Shown in pieces: positions 19,425-29,032 of a stretch of 64,000 nucleotides of DNA. Origin of the DNA: an uncultured bacterium (GTDB lineage Bacteria; Eisenbacteria; RBG-16-71-46; JABDJR01; JAWXBZ01); contig CAZQVN010000007.1 of the NCBI GenBank assembly GCA_964596775.1, forward strand, positions 27,275 through 91,274, in the 5' to 3' direction. A program made the translations under genes and the position numbers. The stretch's first letter is position 1. Each line of letters begins with the position of its first letter. Below the pieces are notes generated by a model, which saw only the letters and a list, made by a program, of their open reading frames with translations, made no database searches and was not told the DNA's origin.

Positions 19425-21149
19425 TTAACTCTTCGCTCCTGTCAAGAGAGTGCCCTTCTTGATTTCGTTGATTTCCTGCCTGAGGCGCCGCGATTCCTCC
19501 TCGTCTCCCGACACCTCGGCTGCCTTGAGCGCCGACCGGAGTTCGGAAACACGACGATTCGCTGCACGCGCTTTCAACCTCTGAACACAGTCCGCGGCGG
19601 CCCGGAGGTCGCCGTCGATCGTTTCCACGAGCAGGCGCGACACGAGACGCGCCGCCGCCGTACCCGACTCATCCTCCAGAAACCGGTCGGCGCTCGTGCG
19701 CGCCGCTGGGTCGGACAGAACACGCCGGTAGATCTCGCGGCACAGCGGGTCCTGGAACAGGTCCTCGCTGACATCCGGAATGTCCGCCGTCGAAGGAGCG
19801 GCGAGCAGGGTGGCCAGCAGCGCCCGTTCCACCGGATCCGTCTCCGGAAGCGGCCGACCGGGGTCGGTGCCGATCGTGACGCCGCCCCCCTTCTTCGACT
19901 CCACGGCCTGCACCAGCGTTGCCTCGTCGAAACGCAGCGCTTCCGCCGCGTTCTGAACGAGCAGGCGCCGGCGGATCGGATCCGGAACCTCGCGGGCCAC
20001 CTCGATGATCCGGTTCAGCGCTTCCTCGCGCCCGTGCGCCCCGGCGATCCTCTGTGCCGCGAACGACACCGGATCGAGCGCCCCGTCCAGCACGGCGCGA
20101 AGCGCCCCGGCCCCTTCATCCCGGATCAGGCTGTCCGGATCCTGCCCTTCCGGCAGTATCGCCAGCCGGACATCGAGGCCGGCGGCGAGCGCCGGCGTCA
20201 GGGCGCGCCACGAGGCCGTCTCCCCGGCCGGATCCCCGTCAAAGACAAAGACGCACCTGCGGACGAAACGTTTCAGCAGCACGGCCTGCTGGGGGGTGAA
20301 AGCGGTTCCCGCCACCGCGACGACGTTCCGGAAGCCCGCCGAGAACACGCGCAGGTGATCCATGTAGCCTTCCACGACGATGGCTTCGTCGGCGTCGTTC
20401 AGGGCTTCCCGCGCTTCCTTGAGGCCGAACAGGATCTGTCCCTTCTGGTAGACGGGCGATTCCGGGGAATTCAGGTACTTCGGTTCCTCGTCGGCGATCA
20501 CCCGGCCGCCGAAACCGACGACCCGCCCCATGGTGTTCGTGATCGGCACAACGACCCGGTTGCGGAAGCGGTCATAAGCCCCGCCGTCCTCACGGGCCAC
20601 GAGCAGCCCCGCCCGGACCAGGATCGGGCGGGTGAACGTCTTTTCCGCCACATCCATGAGATTCGACCACCCCGCCGGCGCAAAGCCCATGCGGAACGTC
20701 CTCATGACATCGGCGTCCAGGCCCCTTCGCTCGAGGTATTCCCGGGCCGGTTTTCCGGCGTAGGGATGATTCAGCCGCTCATGGAAGAAGTCGGCCGCGA
20801 ATTCCAGCGCCTCGTAGATCCGGGTGGTTTCCCCCTCGCGGGCCGAACCGTCGTTCGTCCGCGGGATCTCGATCCCCTGCCGGTCCGCGAGATGGCGCAC
20901 CGATTCCGGAAACGACATCCCGGCGAACTCGATCAGGAACGTGATCACGTTGCCGCCGGCGCCGCAGCCGAAGCAGTGATACTTCTGGCGCTCCGGATTC
21001 ACGACGAACGACGGGGTCTTTTCCGTGTGGAACGGACACAGCCCCTTGAACGTGCGCCCGGCCTTCGTGAGGCTCACGTGCTCGGAAATGACCGCCACGA
21101 TGTCCGTCGTGTCGCGGACGCGCTCGATGATCTCGGGGGGCATTCTCAT
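19425..21149 (-). CDS. dnaG: DNA primase
   Basis: CPFHTEKTPSF...HCFGC zinc finger, DRFRNR, GFGGR, KYLNSPE, VEGYMD, FDGD TOPRIM; ATGA overlap with mutS2. Confidence 0.97.
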   Translation of the reverse strand: MRMPPEIIERVRDTTDIVAVISEHVSLTKAGRTFKGLCPFHTEKTPSFVVNPERQKYHCFGCGAGGNVITFLIEFAGMSFPESVRHLADRQGIEIPRTNDGSAREGETTRIYEALEFAADFFHERLNHPYAGKPAREYLERRGLDADVMRTFRMGFAPAGWSNLMDVAEKTFTRPILVRAGLLVAREDGGAYDRFRNRVVVPITNTMGRVVGFGGRVIADEEPKYLNSPESPVYQKGQILFGLKEAREALNDADEAIVVEGYMDHLRVFSAGFRNVVAVAGTAFTPQQAVLLKRFVRRCVFVFDGDPAGETASWRALTPALAAGLDVRLAILPEGQDPDSLIRDEGAGALRAVLDGALDPVSFAAQRIAGAHGREEALNRIIEVAREVPDPIRRRLLVQNAAEALRFDEATLVQAVESKKGGGVTIGTDPGRPLPETDPVERALLATLLAAPSTADIPDVSEDLFQDPLCREIYRRVLSDPAARTSADRFLEDESGTAAARLVSRLLVETIDGDLRAAADCVQRLKARAANRRVSELRSALKAAEVSGDEEESRRLRQEINEIKKGTLLTGAKS

Positions 21150-23515
21150 TTCAGCCGCGCCACCGTCACTCCGGTGCCGCCCTCCCAGCTTTCGCCCAGC
21201 TTGTGGGACTCCACGTCCGGCCGCCCGGCCAGCCACTTGCGAACGGCCTGGCGCAGAACGCCCGTTCCCTTGCCGTGAATGATGCGGACCTCGTTCAGGG
21301 CTCCCAGCGCGGCACCGTCGAGGTAGGCATCGAGCCGGTCCAGCGCCTCGTCGGCGGTCAGTCCGCGGAGGTCCACCTCGCCGCGGAGTTCATCGGAAAC
21401 CTCGTAACGAACCCCGGCGGATGGCGCCGGGTCCTCGTCCTTCGGAAGCGACGCCGCATCCTGCCGGCGCAGCGCGGTAACCGGAATTTCCACGCGGACT
21501 CCCCCGCGCTCGACCCGGACCTTTCCGGACGAACCGGGCGCGGTAAGGACCGTGACCCACGAGGCCAGCGGCTCCGCCCACAGGCGGTCCCCCTCCTTCA
21601 CTTCGGCGGACTCCACGCCGATGCCCCGCGGCTTCGACGCGGGCAGGACGGCCAGCGCCTCCTCCCGCGCCTCGCGGATGCGGGCGCGCGCCGTTTCCAC
21701 GCTCTTCCGGGCGCCGCTCCGCGCTTCCTTCCGCGCCGCCTCGGCGGCCCGCTCGGCGTCGGACAGGACTCCGCTGGCGCGGTCGAGGATCCGCTGCCCC
21801 TCCCGCGCGGCCCGGGTCTTCAGCGCCTGGTAGTCGTCCCGGAGGCGCCGGAGCTTTTCCTCGTAGTCGATCCGGGCCTGCCGGGCTTCCGTTTCGCGTT
21901 CCGCCGCCTCGAGGCGCTCGGTGTTGAGCTTGGCCCTGGCTTCCTCGAGATCGCGCAGGAGCGACTGGACATTCTGTTCCTCGGACCCGATCAGGTCCAC
22001 GGCGCGGGCCAGCAGCGACTCGGGCATCCCCATCCGCCGGGCGGTTTCCACGGCGCGGCTCTGCCCCGGAATGCCCGCGTCCAGCGTGTACTCGGGGCGC
22101 TGCGTGACCGGGTCGAAGCGCATGCTCCCGTTGACCACGCCCGGATGCCGGCTGCCGAAACGCTTCAGGGCGCCGAGGTGCGTCGTGGCGATGACCAGGC
22201 CGCCGCCGTCGGCCAGCCGCTCGAGAACGGCCCGGGCCAGCGCCGCCCCCTCGGCCGGATCGGTTCCGGCGCCGATCTCGTCGAGCAGCGCCAGCGACTC
22301 CGTCCCCGAGTGGGTCGTGGCTTCGACCCAGCGGCGCAGGTGCGAGGCGAACGTGGACAGGTCGTTTTCGATCGACTGCTCGTCCCCGATGTCGGCGGTG
22401 ACGTGATCGAGAATCGGCACCTCGGTTCCCGGCGCGGCGGGGAGATGGAATCCCGCGGCGGCCATCACGCAGGCCAGCCCGACCCCCTTGAGCGCCACGG
22501 TCTTCCCGCCCATGTTCGGGCCGGTGACGAGAAGAATCCGCTTCTCCGGAGTGAGCTCGAGATCCAGCGGCACCACGTCCCGCGACGTCATCAGGAGCGG
22601 ATGACGGAACGACTTGAGCCGCAGCCGGGCTCCGTCCCTGTGAATGGCGGGGCGGACGGCGTTCTGCCGGTCCGCCAGCCGGGCCAGCGCCCGGTGACCA
22701 TCGATCCGCACGAGCACGGCTTCGTTCGTCCTGAGGCCGACGCGGATCCCGCGGGCCATGTCGGAGAGCCGGGCAAGGATGCGGCGGATTTCCGCCCGCT
22801 CCTCCTCGACGAGTTCGTGGAGCCGGTTGTTGTCCTCGACAAGCCCCACCGGCTCGATGAAGAACGTTCCCCCCGACGCCGAACGGTCGTGGACAATCCC
22901 CTTGAACCCGGATTTTTCCGCGGCCTTCACCCCGAGGACGTAGCGGTCCCCGCGCAGGGTCACGGTCCTCTCCTCGCCGGACGAACCGCCGGCCATGGAT
23001 TCGAGGCCCGACACGATGCGGTTGCGCTGTTCGCGCAGCGAGGCGCGGATTTTCTTCAGGGCGGGGCTGGCGGTGTCGAGGACTTCGCCGTGCGCGTCGA
23101 ACGTGCGCTCCACCGCCGCCTCGAATTCGGGAGCCGCGACCAGCTCGCGGGCGAGACCCGCGGCCAGCGGGCATTCGCCCTCCGTTCCGTCCAGCCGCTC
23201 GCGGACGCGCCGGGCCAGCGAAACGAGACGCGCCAGGTCGATGAGTTCGCCGGCCTCGAGCAGGACACCCGCCGCCTCGAGCTTGCCGATGGCGACCCTG
23301 GCTTCCGGAACGTCGGTGACGGGAAACCCGTCCGGCGAGGCCATCAGGGTTCTGAGTTCCGCGGTCAGATCGAGACGACGCCCCACCGTCTCCGGATCAC
23401 GGGCGGGAGCGAGCGCCAGCACCCATGCCGCTCCCGACGGCGAAGCCGCCAGCCGGCCGGCAAGGGCCAGGACTCGAGGAAATTCAAGAACCTCGAGGGT
23501 ATGGGCATCGATCAT
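21146..23515 (-). CDS. mutS2: Endonuclease MutS2
   Basis: GPNMGGKT, DIGDEQSI, LLDEIGAGTDP, Smr domain IIHGKGTGVLR. Confidence 0.97.
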   Translation of the reverse strand: MIDAHTLEVLEFPRVLALAGRLAASPSGAAWVLALAPARDPETVGRRLDLTAELRTLMASPDGFPVTDVPEARVAIGKLEAAGVLLEAGELIDLARLVSLARRVRERLDGTEGECPLAAGLARELVAAPEFEAAVERTFDAHGEVLDTASPALKKIRASLREQRNRIVSGLESMAGGSSGEERTVTLRGDRYVLGVKAAEKSGFKGIVHDRSASGGTFFIEPVGLVEDNNRLHELVEEERAEIRRILARLSDMARGIRVGLRTNEAVLVRIDGHRALARLADRQNAVRPAIHRDGARLRLKSFRHPLLMTSRDVVPLDLELTPEKRILLVTGPNMGGKTVALKGVGLACVMAAAGFHLPAAPGTEVPILDHVTADIGDEQSIENDLSTFASHLRRWVEATTHSGTESLALLDEIGAGTDPAEGAALARAVLERLADGGGLVIATTHLGALKRFGSRHPGVVNGSMRFDPVTQRPEYTLDAGIPGQSRAVETARRMGMPESLLARAVDLIGSEEQNVQSLLRDLEEARAKLNTERLEAAERETEARQARIDYEEKLRRLRDDYQALKTRAAREGQRILDRASGVLSDAERAAEAARKEARSGARKSVETARARIREAREEALAVLPASKPRGIGVESAEVKEGDRLWAEPLASWVTVLTAPGSSGKVRVERGGVRVEIPVTALRRQDAASLPKDEDPAPSAGVRYEVSDELRGEVDLRGLTADEALDRLDAYLDGAALGALNEVRIIHGKGTGVLRQAVRKWLAGRPDVESHKLGESWEGGTGVTVARLK

Positions 23516-23643
23516 CGATTCAGAACCTTCCAGGGCCGGATCAATCGGGGACGTGCGATGAGTGAGGAACGGAAGGCCATCGACGCCCCCGCGCCGATGG
23601 CCCTCCGATGATCAATCGACCTCCGGGACTCCGGAGGGCTTGT

Positions 23644-23829
23644 TTATCCTTTGCGCTGCTGGCTCTTTCTCTTCGCAGCGTTCAGCTTGCGCTTCTTGCG
23701 CTCACTTGGCTTTTCAAAATGCTGATGACGGCGCAGATCGCTGAGAATGCCCGCTTTCTCGCACTTCTTCTTGAATCTGCGCAACGCGCTCTCGAACGAT
23801 TCGCCATCTTTCACACGAATGCCCGGCAT
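23644..23829 (-). CDS. rpsU: 30S ribosomal protein S21
   Basis: [21 protein letters not shown]...[12 protein letters not shown]. Confidence 0.97.
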   Translation of the reverse strand: MPGIRVKDGESFESALRRFKKKCEKAGILSDLRRHQHFEKPSERKKRKLNAAKRKSQQRKG

Positions 23830-23930
23830 GAACTTCCCCACCCCCTCAAACGCAGCTATGGGACCATACATAAAGGTAAGACCCTAGAATCTAACGGCCA
23901 GGACCCGCTCCGGTCAAGTCTTCATTCCCG

Positions 23931-24668
23931 TCACCGGGGCGCATAGGCGGCGAGGAGGCGATCCCGGGCCAGCACGAGGAGAGTCAGGGCGGCGGTTTCC
24001 GTCCTTAACCGATTGTTTCCCAACGAGATAAACGATGCTCCGCGATTCCGGAAGGCCTGCATCTCGCTTTCCGACCACCCGCCCTCGGGGCCGACGAGGA
24101 GAAGACACCGGTCGACCGGCGCCCCGCCGGAGTGCGGAGGTCCCCCTGAGGGGTCGGCCACCCAGAGACAGGAGGCCGGTTCCGACTCGAGCCAGTCGTC
24201 CAGCGTCCGCACCGGCTCGATGGCGGGGAGCCAGGCCCGGCGCGACTGTTTCAGGGCGGCAATCACGATCCGGCGCCAGCGATCCGGCTTTTCCTTTCCG
24301 GAAGGACGCACTTCCGAATGCCGGCTGAGAACCGGAGCCACGACGTCGGCCCCGAGCTCCGTGGCCTTTTCCACGAGAAAGTCGAAACGCGGGCCCCGGA
24401 CCACGCCGGCGAGAAGACACAGTTCCGGGCCCGCGGGACGCGCCACGATCCGACACTCACCGACTTCCGCCGCGCACTCCCTTGCCGAGACCCGGACGGC
24501 AACCGCATGGGCGACGACACCGCGGCCGTTGACGAGTTCGAACGCGTCGCCCGGTCGCAGGCGCAGGCTGCGGGCCGCGTGCTCCGCTTCCTCGCGGTGC
24601 AGCGTGACCGAGGCGCCGGAAGCCAGGTCGTCGTCGAGAAAGAGCCGGTGGAGGGGCGCGTCAGCCAC
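23931..24668 (-). CDS. rsmE: 16S rRNA m3U1498 methyltransferase
   Basis: EKATELG, IGPEGG-like VGPEGG, LGNNRLRTETA. Confidence 0.95.
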   Translation of the reverse strand: MADAPLHRLFLDDDLASGASVTLHREEAEHAARSLRLRPGDAFELVNGRGVVAHAVAVRVSARECAAEVGECRIVARPAGPELCLLAGVVRGPRFDFLVEKATELGADVVAPVLSRHSEVRPSGKEKPDRWRRIVIAALKQSRRAWLPAIEPVRTLDDWLESEPASCLWVADPSGGPPHSGGAPVDRCLLLVGPEGGWSESEMQAFRNRGASFISLGNNRLRTETAALTLLVLARDRLLAAYAPR

Positions 24669-25803
24669 GGAACGCTTCGCGAAGCCGGTCGAAGAATCCC
24701 CGGTCGTGAGGCTCCCGGGTCCGCTCGTTCTCCAGTTTCTCCAGCTGCGCGTACAGTTCCTTTTCCTTCCCCGACAGTCGCGTCGGGACGTAGACGATGA
24801 CCCGGAGCAGAAGGTCGCCGGTGCCGCGGCCGTTCAGCGACGGCAATCCCTTGCCGCGCAGGCGGAGCACCTTGCCGGTCTGGACCCCCGCGGGCACCTC
24901 GATGGAGGCGCGACCGTCGAGCGTTTCGATCTCTTCGCTGCCGCCGAGCGCGGCGCGGGCCGGACCGATCGGGAGGTCGGCCACGAGATCGTTTCCGTGG
25001 CGATGAAAGTGCTCGTGCTCCCGGACCTGGACGACGACGATCAGGTCGCCGGCCGGCCCCCCTTTCCGGCCGGCTTCGCCGCGCCCCGGCAGCGTCATGT
25101 AGTTGTCGTGCATGACCCCGGCGGGGATGTCCACCTCGACCGTTTCCTCCCCGCGGACCCGCCCCTCTCCCCCGCACTTCGGGCAGGGCTTGTCCACGGT
25201 CTGCCCCTCGCCGCCGCACCGCGCGCAGGGCACGACGTTGATGAACTGGCCGATGAACGTGCGGTGAACCTGGCGGAGCTGGCCCGATCCCTTGCAGTCC
25301 GCGCAGGTGGCGGTGCGCGCCCCCGGCGCGTGACCGGCTCCCGTGCAGGTTCCGCAGGTCGTGGTCTTCTTGATCTTGAGCTTCCGCGTGGCGCCCTCGG
25401 CCACGTCGGCCAGCGTCAGCTCCACCCGCACCTGGAGGTCCGAGCCCCGGTTCGGCTGGACCCGGCCACGGCGGCCGCCGCCGAAGATGTCTTCGAAGCC
25501 GCCGAAGTCCCGCATGAACGCATGGAGGGCATCCTGCAGGTCGAAGTCCATGCCGGCGGCCTGTCCGGCGGCGCCCCGGACACCGGCATGTCCGAAGCGG
25601 TCGTAGGCGGCGCGTTTCTGGTCGTCCTTCAGGACCTCGTACGCTTCGGTGGCCTCCTTGAAGCGGGCTTCCGCGGACGGATCATCCGGGTTCCGGTCCG
25701 GATGGTATTTCATGGCCAGCTTGCGATAGGCCTTCTTGATCTCCTCGCCGCCGGCGGTCCTGTCCAGCTCGAGGATTTCGTAGTAGTCGCGCGCGGTGCT
25801 CAC
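24661..25803 (-). CDS. dnaJ: Chaperone DnaJ
   Basis: J domain with HPD; four CxxCxGxG repeats. Confidence 0.97.
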   Translation of the reverse strand: MSTARDYYEILELDRTAGGEEIKKAYRKLAMKYHPDRNPDDPSAEARFKEATEAYEVLKDDQKRAAYDRFGHAGVRGAAGQAAGMDFDLQDALHAFMRDFGGFEDIFGGGRRGRVQPNRGSDLQVRVELTLADVAEGATRKLKIKKTTTCGTCTGAGHAPGARTATCADCKGSGQLRQVHRTFIGQFINVVPCARCGGEGQTVDKPCPKCGGEGRVRGEETVEVDIPAGVMHDNYMTLPGRGEAGRKGGPAGDLIVVVQVREHEHFHRHGNDLVADLPIGPARAALGGSEEIETLDGRASIEVPAGVQTGKVLRLRGKGLPSLNGRGTGDLLLRVIVYVPTRLSGKEKELYAQLEKLENERTREPHDRGFFDRLREAFRG

Positions 25804-26321
25804 GCGTCCCCGTCCGGTTCCTGGGCCACGACGACCTGGGCCGGGCGGAGTACCCGGTCCCCGAGACGATATCCGCGCGTGACCACTTCCATGACGTGGC
25901 CCGCGGGAACGCTGTCGGTGACGACGCTGGTCAGGGCCTCATGGAACCGCGGGTCGAAGGGTTGTCCGACCGGCTCGACGGGCTCGACGCCGGACGACTT
26001 GAGCGCGTCCTTGAACTGGCGCATCGTCAGTTTCATCCCCTCGAGCCAGGCCTCGGGCACTCCGTCGGAATGGGCGAGAGCGCGTTCCAGGTTGTCCAGC
26101 ACGGGCAGCAGCGGCCGGGCCAGATCGGCCGCGCCCGTTTCGAACGCGGCATCACGCTCCCGTGCGGAACGACGGCGATAATTGTCGAACTCGGCCAGCA
26201 GCCTCAGGTAGCGATCGTTGTCGCGCGCCCCGTCCGCCTCTTCGGAAACTTCGGGATTCTCCACATTGTCCGCTCCGGCTTCCGGGCGCGGTTCATCCAT
26301 CGTGTCGTCGTCGATTTTCAT
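25800..26321 (-). CDS. grpE: Nucleotide exchange factor GrpE
   Basis: [30 protein letters not shown]. Confidence 0.96.
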   Translation of the reverse strand: MKIDDDTMDEPRPEAGADNVENPEVSEEADGARDNDRYLRLLAEFDNYRRRSARERDAAFETGAADLARPLLPVLDNLERALAHSDGVPEAWLEGMKLTMRQFKDALKSSGVEPVEPVGQPFDPRFHEALTSVVTDSVPAGHVMEVVTRGYRLGDRVLRPAQVVVAQEPDGDA

Positions 26322-26343
26322 GTTCCATCCGGTATGGTCGGTG

Positions 26344-27363
26344 TCAGGCGTCGAACCGCGAACCCAGGTGACGCATCACGTTCTTGAGCACGCCCGTGAC
26401 CCGGGCGTAGGGCATCCGGGTCGGGCCGATGATGCCGAGGGCGCCGGTCAGCCCCCCCCGCGAGTAACCGAGCGTGACCACGGATACGGACTCCAGCGGA
26501 CCGCTCGGGTTTTCCCTTCCGATCGAGATCTGCACTCCGAGTCCCGTGCTCCGCTTCTTGAGAAGCTCGCACAGGCTCGACCGTTCTTCAATCAGGTCCA
26601 GCAGGTGACCCAGGGTTTCCTGGGACTGGAATTCCGGCTGATTCACGATGTGGGTCGTTCCGCCGACGTACAGGACGGAGGGACCCGCGAACCGGAACAG
26701 CGACGGTCCGCGATCCACGAGCCGGGTCACGATTTCGTCGCCCCCGAAGCTCCACTCGCGGGACCGGGCGGCCAGGGTGCGCTGGATTTCCTCGAGGGTC
26801 AGGCCGACCAGGCACTCGTTGAGACGCAACGCCGTCCGCGCCAGCGCGTCCGGTTCGATATTGGCGGACACATCGAGCAGGACCGTCTGGACGAATCCGT
26901 CGCGGACCTTCAGCACGACCAGGACGCGGTGGCTCGACATGCGGACGAACTCCAGGCCGGTCAGCACCGCCGAGTCCAGGGACGGCGCCAGGACGAGCCC
27001 CAGCTGATGGCTGGCTCCGCCGAGAAGGCGGGCCGCCTCGGACAGGACGCTCATCATGTCGGCGGGCGCCTCGTTCAGGCGGGCATCGATCCAGGCCAGG
27101 TCCTCGTCGAAGGCCTCGTCCGGATCCATGAGTTCGTCCACGTAGGTGCGATAGCCCTTGTCGGTGGGGATCCGCCCCGCCGAGGCGTGCGGCTGAGTGA
27201 GCAGCCCCTTCTGCTCGAGGTCCATCATGGTGTTGCGGATGGTGGCCGCCGAGAGCCCGATGTCGAGGCGCTCGGCCACGGTTCGCGACGCCACCGGAGC
27301 GGCGGTTTCCACGTGGGAGTTGACCACCTCCCTGAGCACGATGTGATCGCGGTTATCCGTCAT
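26344..27363 (-). CDS. hrcA: Heat-inducible transcription repressor HrcA
   Basis: [35 protein letters not shown]. Confidence 0.96.
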   Translation of the reverse strand: MTDNRDHIVLREVVNSHVETAAPVASRTVAERLDIGLSAATIRNTMMDLEQKGLLTQPHASAGRIPTDKGYRTYVDELMDPDEAFDEDLAWIDARLNEAPADMMSVLSEAARLLGGASHQLGLVLAPSLDSAVLTGLEFVRMSSHRVLVVLKVRDGFVQTVLLDVSANIEPDALARTALRLNECLVGLTLEEIQRTLAARSREWSFGGDEIVTRLVDRGPSLFRFAGPSVLYVGGTTHIVNQPEFQSQETLGHLLDLIEERSSLCELLKKRSTGLGVQISIGRENPSGPLESVSVVTLGYSRGGLTGALGIIGPTRMPYARVTGVLKNVMRHLGSRFDA

Positions 27364-27370
27364 GGGTCCA

Positions 27371-27379
27371 AGTCTATCA
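27371..27379 (-). promoter_or_regulatory. Extended -10 element 7 nt before the hrcA ATG (probable leaderless start)
   Basis: TG-A-TAGACT-tggaccc-ATG; no SD. Confidence 0.5.
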
Positions 27380-28348
27380 CAGGGCGTCGCGCAGGGCGGC
27401 GATCACGCCGGAGCGGACGGTCGAGAAAGGCTGCTCGGCGGTGATGCCGGCGGCCATGGCGTGACCTCCCCCGCCGAACTGCCGCGCGACCCGGTTCACG
27501 TCGACGGTGCCCCGCGACCGGAGGCTCACCTTGACCCGGCCGGGCAGCTCGGTGAACACCGCGGAAACCCGGCACCCTTCCACGCCGCGGGCGAGTTCCG
27601 AGAACCCGTCCACGTCCTCGATCGTCGCCTCGAGCTCGCTCATCATCGCCGCGGTCACGGTGAGGACGGATATGGCGCCGTCGATCACTTCCAGCCCGGT
27701 GAGCGCGGCTCCGAGAAGGCGCATCCGCGTGGCCGAACTCGTACCGTAGATCCTGTCGTGGAGATCCGCGACGTCGATCGGATGCTCCATCAGCCCGGCG
27801 ATCACCCGGTGCGTTTCCGCGGTCGTGTTTCCGTGGCGGAACGAACCGGTGTCGGTCATGATCGCCACGTACAGGGCCCGCGCCGCAACCTCGTCGGGAA
27901 GACGGCCCGCGGCCTCCATCATCCGGAAGAGCATCTCGCCGGTGGCCGCGGATCCGGGATCGATCAGGGAGATCGCCGCCGGGGGCTCTCCTTCCTTCGG
28001 GTGATGGTCGATGCAGATCGTCACGCCCGGCGATGCCGTGAACGGCGCGGCCACCGAACCGATCCGGTCGGTGCGGCCGACGTCCAGCATCACCGCGACA
28101 TCCGCCTCCCGGAAGAGCGCGTCATGACCGGGTCCCAGCACCTCGAACTCGGTGCTGTCGGACAGGAACGCATAGCGGGCGGGCACCGGGTCGGCATTGA
28201 CGATGCGGGCCCGGACGCCGCCGGCATTCAGCCAGCGGCAGAGACCGGCCTCGGAGCCCAGGGCATCGCCGTCCGGATTGACATGACTCGTGATGACGCA
28301 GCTGCGGGCCGCGGAAAGGGCCGCAAGTACCGGTTTCCAGTCGTTCAT
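27377..28348 (-). CDS. nrnA: DHH/DHHA1 bifunctional oligoribonuclease/PAP phosphatase
   Basis: [31 protein letters not shown]. Confidence 0.93.
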   Translation of the reverse strand: MNDWKPVLAALSAARSCVITSHVNPDGDALGSEAGLCRWLNAGGVRARIVNADPVPARYAFLSDSTEFEVLGPGHDALFREADVAVMLDVGRTDRIGSVAAPFTASPGVTICIDHHPKEGEPPAAISLIDPGSAATGEMLFRMMEAAGRLPDEVAARALYVAIMTDTGSFRHGNTTAETHRVIAGLMEHPIDVADLHDRIYGTSSATRMRLLGAALTGLEVIDGAISVLTVTAAMMSELEATIEDVDGFSELARGVEGCRVSAVFTELPGRVKVSLRSRGTVDVNRVARQFGGGGHAMAAGITAEQPFSTVRSGVIAALRDAL

Positions 28349-28372
28349 AAGCCGGTCAAAATACCACGTTCG

Positions 28373-28402
28373 TTGCGCCGTCTCCAGCCGATGGCGTAGG
28401 AT
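28373..28402 (+). promoter_or_regulatory. Putative sigma70 promoter of the 28409 gene
   Basis: TTGCGC-18 nt-TAGGAT, 6 nt before the ATG (AGGA could instead be an SD). Confidence 0.4.
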
Positions 28403-28408
28403 GGACGC

Positions 28409-29032
28409 ATGCTGCGTCGATTCCCCGCCGCCTCAGCGGCCCTGTTCGCGGCCGCTCTTCTGGCTGTTCTCCCGGCCGACGTCCATGCCGGGACCTGGTT
28501 CGACCTCGGCCTGGCCCGGCACGACACGCTGCGGGCCGAACAGGACCCGCGCACGCTCGAAGTGTTTCCTCCGAGCGCCTTCGGCGTGTTTCCCCGGGGC
28601 AGCTGGGTCTGGCAGGAAATCAACCTGGCTCCCTGCAGCGAACTGCGCTGGCCCGGCCAGGTGTGCGGAACGTTCGTCCGGGGCTTCCGGATCGAGTTCA
28701 ACGACGGAGGCTGCGGTTGCGGGGGTTACGTGGAGCGGTCCTCCACGCTCCGGCTGGCCTGGGATCCCGCGGCGCTGGCCGAAAGAGGAATACCGGCTTC
28801 GCGGCTGCGCCTCGTCTTCAACTACAACCCGCCCGTGAGCATCTACAACATCCCGGGCAGCCGTGCCTGGGGGCCGGTCGAGGGCGCGGTTCCCGATGTC
28901 GTGAATCACTGGTTCGAGATTCCGGTTGCCGGCGACATCCTGGGAATCCGGGAATACGCGATCGTGACCGACGACTTCGTTCCGACCCTCGCGGTCACGT
29001 GGAGCCGCATCAAGTCCCTGTATGACCGCTGA
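28409..29032 (+). CDS. Secreted hypothetical protein with TWSRIKSLY C-terminal tail
   Basis: Signal peptide ending VHA; ends VPTLAVTWSRIKSLYDR. Confidence 0.75.
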   Translation: MLRRFPAASAALFAAALLAVLPADVHAGTWFDLGLARHDTLRAEQDPRTLEVFPPSAFGVFPRGSWVWQEINLAPCSELRWPGQVCGTFVRGFRIEFNDGGCGCGGYVERSSTLRLAWDPAALAERGIPASRLRLVFNYNPPVSIYNIPGSRAWGPVEGAVPDVVNHWFEIPVAGDILGIREYAIVTDDFVPTLAVTWSRIKSLYDR

